Shown piece after piece: positions 1-11,000 of a stretch of 64,000 nt of DNA (positions are counted from its first letter, which is position 1; the number at the start of each line of letters is the position of its first letter). Position numbers and translations under genes: made by a program. Source of the stretch: Azolla caroliniana. Its lineage: Eukaryota > Plantae > Polypodiophyta. The notes under the pieces are model-generated. The model worked only from the letters and a program-made list of their open reading frames with translations, did not search any database and was not told the DNA's origin. The stretch lies in assembly GCA_043228905.1 (NCBI GenBank), contig JBHGNT010000001.1:28024001-28088000 (forward strand). Direction: 5' to 3'.

Positions 1-216
1 TTTAACCACTTTCACTCATCATTCGTGCATGCATAAAAGCAAAGTTCCACACATCCTATATGTCATTGATGTTGTAACTTGAACATGATACTTCTTCTAC
101 TCTTGATATGGCATTGATGTTGTAGGTCAATACTTCTTAAACTAGTGTTGTCATCGTACCCACTTTGAACAATATTCACACTTCCATCAATATGACTATC
201 CAATTTAGGGCCTAAC

Positions 217-656
217 TGTTGCCATTTTGGAACACGATCCGCAGTCAGTCCTTCAACCTAGACCTCAAAGTGGGTGTGGAACAACGAACAGGGGTTTAAG
301 CGTAATGCGTAAGGGAAGAACCCCTGTACCCTATCAACGTATAAGGGAAGACGGCTACAACCGAATCCCTATCAAGGGTTACACTTACGTACTTCAACGC
401 TTAAGTATTCAAGACACCCACACTGAATTAGTCGTAGCTATACATAGAAAATAAGAGAAGATAGAATTCTATTATCATGCGTTTCCTTACATTCCCAGAC
501 TTACATGCACCTCCATCAGAGGTTTTCTGCCCTTTATATATGCAGGGTCTAATTAACCGTTCACGCTCCCTTCGTGAACCGTTACATGCGTTATGCTCTT
601 ATATAATTTCTTATTCCTACGCTTTTGTCCGTCGGTTACTATTCCGGCGGACAACA
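217..656 (-). repeat. LTR of element A (left copy, 440 bp)
   Basis: TGTTGCC...ACAACA; aligns to 18012-18450. Confidence 0.95.
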
Positions 657-658
657 CT

Positions 659-675
659 TGGCACGCATGTGGGAC
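659..675 (+). promoter_or_regulatory. tRNA-Arg-like PBS motif TGGCACGCATGTGGGAC, 2 nt inside the left LTR
   Basis: Resembles the recalled TGGCACGCCYGGTGGGAC tRNA-Arg PBS of Tat-lineage elements. Confidence 0.7.
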
Positions 676-703
676 ACTGCCTTTGCACGTCAAACCCATC
701 CCG

Positions 704-2953
704 TTAATCTTCTTCCAAGATGGCCTGGATGTTCGGCTCTGTTGTGGTGACCTCGTTCGGAGGTGATGTAGGGCCCGTAGGTGCATCGTGGTGTGGCTCC
801 TTTGTTTGGTCGGGCTGGTTTCTCTCGGCGTCGCTGTAGCCGTGTGTGGGTGGTCCGGGTACGGTGGGCTCTTCTTGAGTTAGTGGGTTGGGCTCCGCCG
901 TTGTCGTGCTTGCATTCGGCTGCGGCTCTGCCTCCATTGTTACGTCCTCCGTGGTGTTGGCCGTTTTTGTATGTTCCTGGGAGTGGGGCGGAGATTCCAC
1001 CTAGTCCGCACCTTTCTCCACGTGGTCTGATGATAGTGTGGGCTCGTGCGGTTGGACCTCTTGTTGGGTAGTGGTTTCGCTGTCTGATCTCGTGGGGAAC
1101 TCCGCTCGTCGGTCCCCGCTATTCTCCATCGTTGTCATCTCTGGTGATCGGGCCTGAGGTTCTTCTTCTTCGGTTGTGGCCGGAATTGGCGTCGCGCTGG
1201 ATTCCTCGTTTGTGAGCGTGTTGCCGGCTTGTGTGATCTGGTGAAATAGCTCCTCCTGACTTTCACCATAATCATCTAAGAGCTGTGCGAGTTCTTCGGA
1301 GTGTTGGTCTGCTAGCGCACGATAGTCTTGCGCTAGGTCCTCCTGTACGGTCGCAATGCTCTCCTCATTTAGTTTATAGAAACCTTGACCGTCTTTTCGC
1401 CGGTTCTCCCAGTCCGCACAATACGCGTGCAATTCCGTTGCTTGGGTTGCCCACGCCATCCATCCTTTGTCCAACGCCGTTTTCAATTGCGCTGTGAACC
1501 TCTCCCGATTTGTTTGGAGAAGGATCCACACGTTATCTGTGATGGCCTGGCAACGGTTGCGTGCGTCTTCCATCGACTTCTGGAGATTTGCGATTTCCTG
1601 CTATTTAACGGTTGCCGCTTCCTCATACGTGGTCTTCAGGCCCGCCCACAGTTGGGATTCCTTTGCATGCTGTACTTCTAATTTCCCCATCTCATTGTTT
1701 AGGTGGATTTCGAGTTGATGCCTTCTGTCTTGTTCGACCACCAACTGCTCATCGAACCATACCTTCTTTTTTTCTAATAAGGCCCGAAGTCCTGCTATTG
1801 CCGCCTCCGATTTCTTTGCGTCCTCTCGTAATTGTGCGCTATCGTCCTTTGTTCGGATGTGCCGAGCTACCTCCGTAGCTAGTTTCTCTTCAAGAGTTTT
1901 TACTACCTTCCGTCCGTTAGCCCGTATCTCCTTTTCTCTGTCTCAGGATTGGCATAGTTTTGCTCGAAGACGGTCAATTTCGGATTCCGCTAGTTGCACG
2001 GCCCTTTTTGCTTTTGAGGCGATGGCAGTCTGAGCCTCGATTTCTTCTTTTAGAGCGTCGATTACGTGGTTCGGTGGCGGGGTTGCATGTTGTGCCGTAA
2101 TCGCGTGAGCTTCCAACTCCGCGATGCGTGCGTTGGCTTTTTGCAGTTCGGCTTCGGTCAGTTTAACCTTCTTCCAGACATTCTTATTTTTTATGGCCAT
2201 CTCCTTGGCGCCCGTGCTGACCTTTGCCAGTTCCCGATGGACTTCGACTAGGGCCGTGTTTAAGGGCGATATCTCCATCCCCACTCGCCGTACCTCGGCG
2301 TTCCTCTATCTGCCGACCCTGGCTAGCCGGTCCTCATCGTCGCTCTCTGTTGTTTGTGTTAGGGTGCGCTCGATCATCTGGCGTTCTGCATGCTCCTCGG
2401 CCATTCGTTGGGCGGCTTTGACCTTATGTGTTGCTAGGAACTCCATGAGCTCAAAAGAAGTACCGAACTGCAAGAGGGCGCTGAACTCGTGGGCCGTATC
2501 CGGGATATCCGGATATGCCAAAACCTCGCTTTCCGCTGTCAATACGGCTTTCCCTCGTTGGGACTGAGTCGTAATAATCGGTCGTGGCTCCCGGATGATT
2601 TCGAAGGTGGTATTCGGTTCCGCTGTTGCGGAGCCTTCGCCTTCGGTCGGTGTCTCCGTTGCCGTGGGGGCATTTTTTTACCAACCCCCGCCCATCTTTC
2701 CTGTCCAATCTACGTTGTTTGGTCTGGGGCTTTCTTGCAGTGTTTCGGTCTCTAGTTCTGGGGCTGCTTCCATGGAGCGTCTCGACTGTTCCTCCTGCGT
2801 TGTCCGTGTGTCCGGCTGGTCGGTAGGAGGTGTTGTCCTTGGGTCTGGCTGGGCCGGTTGGTGTTCCTCTTCCCACTCTGGGGCCGATAACTCCGCTAAC
2901 CTGCGTTTCGCGGATCGGGGCGGGGTCGTGGGTTGGCTGGGCTGCGGTGTTGG
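704..2953 (-). pseudogene. Long (about 750 codon) internal ORF of element A; Pro/Thr/Glu-rich ends, coiled-coil centre; interrupted by in-frame stops
   Basis: ORFs 2678-2959, 2306-2542, 1943-2284, 1001-1573 and 704-1000 are all in one frame, separated by single stops (2678, 2306, 1943, 1601, 1001) that each derive from CAA/CAG/CGA by C>T. Confidence 0.8.
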
Positions 2954-3462
2954 TGTCAAGAACTACACGCTCCCTATGCGCAACGCTCGGCCACAACCGA
3001 GCTTAGAATCATACACAGAAAATGGGAAGCGAAAGACACGACACAAAGGAGAGAAAGAGTACATAGGATGTTTAACGTGGAAAACCCTTAAAGGGAAAAT
3101 CCACGGGAGTCCACAGACTCCAAACTATCACTATATATGAATGTACAATGGTGGAGCATCGAGGCAACAACCTCGAGCTTGCTATCTTCGCCACAGTCGG
3201 TGGTTACAACAGAGATGCAAACTCTTCGTCTCTTTCTCTCTTTCTCTCTCTCTGTACAATGTTACGCGCTCTCTCTTCTTGCACCAACAAGAATGACAAC
3301 AACACTATCAAAAGTTTGCCCTAAGTCATATTTATACTAATATGACTTTTCGGCTATTTACAAATATAGCCATGATGGACTCTCAGAAACATATTTACGA
3401 ATATGTCTCTTCATCCAGAGAGCGCTCCTCACCGGGCCTACATCATCCGGATCTTGCCATGC

Positions 3463-3613
3463 ACTCGTCATCCGGTTCTGACCGGGTCTGCGCTATCCGG
3501 CTCTCCGTAGCCGGGTACTCCTCATCCGGTTCTCACCGGGTCTGCGCTATCCGGCTCTCCGTAACCGGGTACTCCTCATCCGGTTTCGGCCGAGGCCTAT
3601 CGGCCTCGGCCGA
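3463..3613. repeat. 54-bp tandem repeat (about 2.3 copies) plus 12-bp perfect hairpin in the U3 of LTR B
   Basis: Units start at 3463, 3517, 3571; TCGGCCGAGGCC-tatc-GGCCTCGGCCGA at 3586-3613. Confidence 0.85.
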
Positions 3614-3681
3614 GTTTGCTCATCAACATTGTTCTTCTCCCTTCCCATCCGGAGGGACTTGTTTCCTAACAAACTCCCCCT

Positions 3682-6600
3682 TCACTCCGGCATGGGATGT
3701 CTTACTAGTCCGACTCGCTTCCGGCATGCATCCAGCTTGTCGGGTATCAGTACTTTGGTCAGCATATCTGACCCATTCTCGGCTGTGTGGATCTTCGTCA
3801 GCGCGAACTCCTGGTCATCTACTCTTTCTCGGATCCAGTGATACCTTCGCTGAATATGCTTCGTTCGGGAATGGTAGGCCGCATTCTTAGCAAGGTGGAT
3901 GGCACTTTGCCTGTCGCAATAGAGCCGATATTCATCTTGCCGGATACCGAGCTCTCCGATGAAGTCCTTCATCCATAATATTTCCTTGCCAGCTTCCACA
4001 ACCGCCATGTACTCCGCCTCCGTGGTTGACAACGCAACCGTCTTCTGCAGCCTCGACTGCCACGAAACAACTCCCCCTTCATATGTCATTACATACCCGG
4101 ATGTAGATCGACTGGTATCCACATCAACCGACATGTCCGAATCGGTAAAACCGTCAAGTTGAGGTTTTCCGGAGCCGAATCGGAGACACATATGCGAAGT
4201 ACAGAAGGAGTATCAGGAAGTCGCCTCCTTCGAACTTCTTCACAAACACGCAGTGATCGGCCTACATCTTGTGGTACCCTTAATCGGCCATGAAGGAGTC
4301 GAACTTCCGGTACCATTGTCGGGGAGCCTGCTTCAGTCCGTACATGATCTTCCTCAACCGGCATACCAGGTGCTCCTTCCCTTTCTCCACGAATCCTTCC
4401 GGTTGTTGCATGTAGATCTCCTCTTCGAGGTCACCGTGAAGAAATGTCGTCTTCACGTGCAACTGCTCTACCTCAAGGTCCATGCTTGCCGCTATACTCA
4501 GCACCGTCCGGATGGAGGTCATCTTTACTACCGGGGCCAATATCTCGTCGAAGTCCACGCCCTTCTTTTGCTGGAACCCCTTCACCACGATCCTGGCTTT
4601 GTATCTCGGGGGGTTGCCGGCATCTCCCGGTTTCAACTTGTACACCCACTTATTTCGGAGTGCCCGCTTTCCTTTCGACAACTCCACCAATTCGTACATA
4701 TGGTTCTCATGCAGGGAATCCATCTCATCCTGCATGGCACTTAACCATTTGTGGCTGTGGGTGTCATCCTTCGCTTCTTCGAAGCTTTCTGGCTCCCCCT
4801 CATCGGTTAGCAGCACATGCTCTGCATCCGGAAATCTCCGGGGGGGCCTTCTCTCTCTAAGAGGATATCTCCGTCTCTGGGCTTCGGTAACCGGCTCCTC
4901 CATTTGCTCTTCATCCGAATCCGATTCGGGGTCTTGGCCGGTTCCGGTTTCAGCTTCCTCTACTTCTTCTTCTGCCGGTTCGGTATCCTCACCGTAACCG
5001 GCTGGTTCCTCAAGTGTTAACCGGTCTCTTGCCGGTTGGGTCTGCTCATCGTAGAATCGATCCTTATCGGTCGACTCAGAGTTTATTATCTTCTTCTCCG
5101 ACTCCCAGTCGGCGAGCATCTTGTCCTCCATGAAGATAATATCTCGACTCTGGAATATCTTCTTGTCGACCAGGTCCCACACTCGGTAGCCGAACTCATC
5201 GTCACCATAACTGAGGAATATGCATGGCCGGGTCTTTGGATCTAACTTTCCTCTCTGGTCCTTAGCTACATGCACATACGCGAGACACCCGAATACCTTC
5301 AGATGCCGATAGGACACTTCCTTACCAGTCCAGACTCTCTGTGGCGTGTCTCCATCAAAGGGTACTGAGGGTGAACTGTTTATCACATATGTCGTCGTCG
5401 ACAGTGCCTCAGCCCAAAACTTCTTGGGTAGTTTTGCATGCGCAAGCATACTTCGGACCCTCTCCATTATGGTCCAGTTCATCCTCTCGGCCAACCCGTT
5501 TAGTTGCAGCGTCTTCGGCACGGTAAATTCGAGCCGGATTCCCTTCGAGCGACAGTACTCCTTGAACTGCCCCTGGTATTCACCTCTGTTATCTGCTCGA
5601 ACCGCCTTCAGCTTCCGGCCGGTTTCTCTTTCCACTCTCGCGTGGAGCTCTTTGAAGACGGATAGCACCTGATCCTTCGTCTTCAATGGTGTGGCCCACA
5701 GCTTCCGACTGTGGTCATCTATGAACGTCACGAAGTACTGCGATCCGGCATGTGACTTCGTATCCACTTGACATACATCCGTATGCACCAACTCTAGTGG
5801 CGCAATACGTCTCATCGGTGGCCTGATCAGAAGGAGGTCCGGTTTTGTTTACCGACCAGACAATCAATGCACTTCTCCAAATGCACATTCTTCATTGGAA
5901 TGAGGTTGTCGTCAGCAAGCCTCTTCATCCCCTTCTCGCTCATGTGACACAGCCTCTTGTGCCACAACTCACCGGTAGTGTCGGATGCCACGTTCACTTC
6001 CTCCGAACATAACCGAGCATTCATCAGGTACAATGTGTTTACCTTCCGGGCCTGAGCCACAATCAGGCTCCCTTTGCTGAACTTCATGACACCGTTCCAG
6101 ATGCTACCCATGTAGCCTTCATCATCTAGCCGATCGGTTGATATCAGGTTCAGATGAACCTGCGGAACATGTCGGACATGCTTCAACAACATCTTGCAAC
6201 CGGTTGGTGTTGTCAACCACACGTCTCCTATGCCGACAATTCGGCATGTACCTTCATTCCCCATCCGGACACAACCGTGATCACCGGCTGTGTAGGATGA
6301 GAAGCATTTACGGTCCGGGGTACGGTGGAATGACGCTCCGGAGTCGACCACCCAGGTCATCTCGTCGCCGGCAAGGTTTATCTCACACTCCTCGGTGATG
6401 AGCATCAACTCTTCTTCACTCGTCGCGATTGCAGTCATTCCCTTCCGGTCCGTTCCCCTCCGGTCTTTACCGTTCCGGTCCGGTGTCCGCTTCGAATCGG
6501 TACCGTCGGTTTCCTTGTCTTTCCGGAAATGCCGACAGTTCTTCTGGAAGTGTCCCGGCTTGCCGCAATAAAAGCAAGCCGGTCTCCCCTTTGACTTTGA

Positions 6601-7269
6601 CCGTGTCCCCGACTTTTCCCGGTTCTGGGGATTATGGTTTCTTTGTCTTCCGCGTTCCGATTTGGTAAGGAGCGCTTTGGAGTCGGAGCTCGTATCTCTA
6701 TCTTTCCTACGCGCCTCCTCATATAGCAAGCTCGACTTTACTCTTGCTAGGGATAACCGTTTCCCTTCCGGCCCGGCGTTGCCCAAAGTGACAACCAACG
6801 TCTCCCAGCTATCCGAGAGGGAACCGAGCAGGAGTAGCGCTAGTACCTCGTCGGCGAGAGGTACTTCCAATGATGTAGCCTGGTGTATCAGCCCCTGGAA
6901 GGCATTCATGTGTTCCGCCATGCTGGAGCCATCTTGGTACCGGAGTCTTACTAGCTTCCGGAATACCGAAACCTGGTTAACAACATGTTTGTTCTGAAAC
7001 AGAATGCCGATCTTCTCCCAGAGCTCATGAGCCTTGCTCTCTTCATTGAAGTTGTTGTATAGGCTCATGTCGATGAAGCACCGTATGTACGTCGTTGTCT
7101 TCATGTGCATCACCTCCCATATCGTGGCGTCGATTTTGTCCGGTCTCTTGTCCCTGAACTGAACCGGCAACCAAAGATCTTTAACCACGAACATGTCCCT
7201 CATCTTCGACTTCCACACCGAATAGTTGGAGCCGGTGATCTTGAACATACCTCCCAACGAATCGTCCAT
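3682..7269 (-). pseudogene. gag-pol of copia B (gag, CCHC knuckle, protease, integrase, RT, RNase H), disrupted
   Basis: CFYCGKPGHFQKNC, WVVDSGASFH, LVHTDVC, YKARIVVKG, SWQSRLQKTVALSTTEAEY; frameshift near 5820, stop at 4280, internal deletion near 4200. Confidence 0.93.
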
Positions 7270-7574
7270 TTTCTGTGTCGTTTTGCTCTGATACCAATTT
7301 GTCAAGAACTGCACGCTCCCTATGTGCAACGCTCGGCCACAACCGAGCTTAGAATCATACACAGAAAATGGGAAGCGAAAGACATGACACAAAGGAGAGA
7401 AAGAGTACACAGGATGTTTAACGTGGAAAACCCTTAGAGGGAAAAACCATGGGAGTCCACAGACTCCAAACTATCACTATATATGAATGTACAATGGTGG
7501 AGCACCGAGGCAACAACCTCGAGCTTGCTATCTTCGCCACAGTCGGCGGTTACAACAGAGATGTGAACTCTTCG

Positions 7575-7618
<44 letters not shown>

Positions 7619-7700
7619 CACTGTTACGCGCTCTCTCTTCTTGCACCAACAAGAATGACAACAACACTATCAAAAGTTTGCCCTAAGTCATATTTATACT

Positions 7701-8030
7701 TGTTGAGCGGCAAGCTCAACCGGAGCCGGATCGACTGAATAAGCCGGAGCCAGTAAGCGAGACGGATCGGGCGAAACGGATCGGTATGACGGTGAGCAAC
7801 CGAACCGGCAAGCAGTGGAGGCCGGGTGCAATCCGTAACCGGCAGTCCAATCGGAAGCCTAGAATAGGATAGACTACTAGGTATTTATAGTCTCGTAGTA
7901 AGTGTCAGATGCTCGTGTGAGCATCGAAGTACATGGTACTTCTGTCAATCCCAAGAGGACTTGTATAAATAGTGCTACTTAGCACAGTGTGTAAACACAG
8001 AGTCTTGATATAATTTTGAAATTGTGTTCT

Positions 8031-8068
<38 letters not shown>

Positions 8069-11000
8069 GTTCTCTGTTTTACGCTTCCGCAAACACTTAC
8101 GTTTACATGGTATCAGAGCGCGAGGGTTGAGAACCTCTGCTGCAGACATTTACTCTTGAGAAGAAAACCCTAATAGGTCGAAAACAGACACAGTAGAAGA
8201 CATGGATAGAGGCATGGCTACGTCGCTCCCGGTAGAGAAGCTCGACAGGAGCAACTACGCATCCTGGTCTTACAAGATGCACCAGTGCCTGCTTGGACAC
8301 GAGTACTGGAGTTATGTCGAAGGAGCGAATGATGCGGCGCCAGACTCGGCACACAAGGACTTCCCGGTATGGGAACAAGCGGCAAGCAGGGTGATGTACT
8401 GCTTCGCATCTAGTGTCGGCGATCAGCTGCTCAGCCACATCCGTGACGCCAAGACACCGAAGGATGCTTGGGGGAACCTGAAAAAGGTTTTCGCCACAAG
8501 CACCACTGCCCGGAAGCTGCAACTTAGACAGGAGTTGAGCAATGTTCGACAGAAGAACATGTTCGTAGCAGACTACACGGGCCGGATAAAGGAGATATGC
8601 GACTCTATCAATGTTACCGTAGAGGAAGACGAGATGGTGCAGGTATGTCTCGGAGGCCTGGCGTCCAAGTTCGGAGCGTTCCGGACTGCGGTGTGTACAA
8701 GGGAGAATACCCCCTCATTCTTCGACTTACAGTCGATGCTCCTTATAGAGGAGAACCACGCCGGTGCATCTACCAGTGCATCCCCGGACATCCAAATGTT
8801 GTACACGGGAACGGATTGGTTCCGTGGGCGTGGTGGAAGAGGTGGGTCGGCACACAATGGAGGCGGCCGGCAAGAGCAGGAACGGAGGCACTATGAGCGT
8901 GCCGACAGCAGTTCCGGGACTTCCACAAGCAGGGGGAGTCAAGGCGGTGCCGGAAGCCGACAAGACAAATCCACTACGGAATGCTGGTATTGTGGCAAAA
9001 AGGACCACTGGAAAAGCGAGTGTTGGAGAAAGCGTGCCGATTCGGACAAATCCGGATCCGGCAAGACCGGTAAGGATGGCCGGCAAAACTCGCACTACGC
9101 AAACGGATCAGAAGGATCCGGAACCGGAAAGGCCAGTAAGGGGCCAACCTTGGTGATGAATCACAAGGCAAACTCAATGAAGAAGACCACTTCCAAAACG
9201 GAGGAAGTGTGGTATGTTGATTCCGGCGTGTCGAACCACATGACGAGCCACAAAGAGTGGTTCTCCTTTCTGGAGAGACCGGATCAACTAGGAGTAGTCG
9301 AAACCGGAGAAGACACTCCACACCCAATCGTGCACGTCGGAGAAGTCCCTCTAAGCCACGTCGGACAGAAAGGGAAGCTGATGAACATGTTACACGTTCC
9401 GACGATCACGAAGAACCTGGTGTCCGTCGGTCAAATTGTCGACCAGGGGATGCAGGTCCGGTTTACGCACCTCGGGTGCTTCATTGAGGATGAAGGCGAA
9501 GTCATTGCGCAAGGGCGCAGAGACGGGAGGATGTTTATCCTCAACACCAATGACTTTGGCACCGCTCTGTTCGCGAATCGATAGAAGGTCGAGTCGGACA
9601 TCGACCTGTGGCACAAGCGGATAGGCCATGTCAACTACCGGAGGCTTCAAGATCTGCAAACGAAACAAGTTGTTTTCGGTTTGCCGAAGTTCAGCGGCCG
9701 GAGAGCCGAAATTTGTGAAGCCTGCCAACTTCGGAAGCAACATCGGCTTCCATTCCCCACCGAATGGAACCAGAGCCGTAACAAGCTCGATCTCATCCAT
9801 TCGGATGTGTGGGGACCGGCACAAAGTGTAAGCCTTGGCGGGAGCTGATACTTCGTCTCCTTCATCGACGACTATACTCGGCATACTTGGATCTACCTCA
9901 TTGAGCGGAAGAGCGAAGTCTTCGACTGTTTCCGGAGCCTCCAGAAGATGGTGGAACGGGAATCGGAGAGGAAGATCAAATGCCTTCGGTCGGATGGCGG
10001 AAAGGAATATTTTTCCGGCCAATTCACTAGTTATCTGCAGCAGAAGGGAATTCGGCGAGAGTTCAGCTGCAGATACACACCGGAGCAAAACGGTGTGGCC
10101 GAAAGGAAGAACAGGACACTCGTCGAAGCGGCAAGGACAATGCTGGAGGAAAAGAGCATGCCCCGGTTCTACTCGTCGAGGCGGTCCGGACGGCCGTCTA
10201 CATACAAAACCGCATTGGTGACAAGGTGTCAGCTCATGAGCTGTATTTCGGGCGCAAGCCGAACTTGACACACCTTCGGATATTCGGGCAGCATAGCATA
10301 TGTGCATGTGTCGGATCAGAAGCGGAGAAAGCTGGATGCAAAATCGGAAAAATGCATCCTAGTCGGCTATGCTCAAGAGCAAAAGGGGTATAAGTGCTAT
10401 AACCCCCGGACGAAGGAAGTTCGAGTTAGCCGGGATGTCGAGTTCGATGAATCGACATCCTGGTATTCCGTACCCACTCCAACTTCTGATCCCGACCCAA
10501 TGTCGGAAGATCAGGCCAGTGAGCATGAATCAGCCCTGGCAGATGATGATGATGCAGGGACTCAAGATGAGAGTCCAGAATCGTTACGGTTGAGTGGACC
10601 GAACGAGCGACTGAGTCGGTTGGACCAGTCGGATGAAGAGACGACAAGTGGTGGAGACTCTGCCGTGCTCTCCCCGCGCAAGGAACCGAGGAAACGGTTC
10701 ACGCGCAAAGAGAAAGGGAAAAGGAAGATGCCGGAATTCGAAACCGGCAACGATGAGTCGGATCGGTGCGTATCCGACTCCGGAAAGGAGAAAGGCAGAT
10801 CTTCGGCAACGAAGACCGAACTGGCCAAGAAGGGCCTCAAATCAGGTGACGGTGCGTTGCGCCGATCAACCCGTCAGAAGGATCCCGTCGTGCGGTAGGG
10901 GTACAATGAATACATGGCGCATCATTATGCGTACATGACTAAGGTGACAAAAGTGTGCGAGCCGGAGAGCTACGCAGAAGCGGCAAAGGACGCAAATTGG

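Larger units (their letters stand above)
2954..7700 (-). mobile_element. Ty1/copia element B (Tnt1/Tork-like), 5' LTR truncated
   Basis: 3' LTR 2954-3671; PPT (AGGGGGAGTT on minus) 3672-3681; Met-i PBS TGGTATCAGAGC at 7285-7296 (minus); 5' LTR 7300-7700 cut by element C. Confidence 0.93.

Noticed and set aside
227-454. ORFs 227-454 and 18100-18351 with near-identical peptides
   Set aside because: Both lie within the LTR copies of element A; the similarity only reflects LTR duplication.
3463-3586. CRISPR-like appearance of short repeats
   Set aside because: Units are contiguous with no unique spacers, and the context is a plant LTR.
9390-10307. 305-aa minus-strand ORF and many similar antisense ORFs in 3-17 kb
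   Set aside because: Shadow frames of GC-rich copia pol with no independent motifs.
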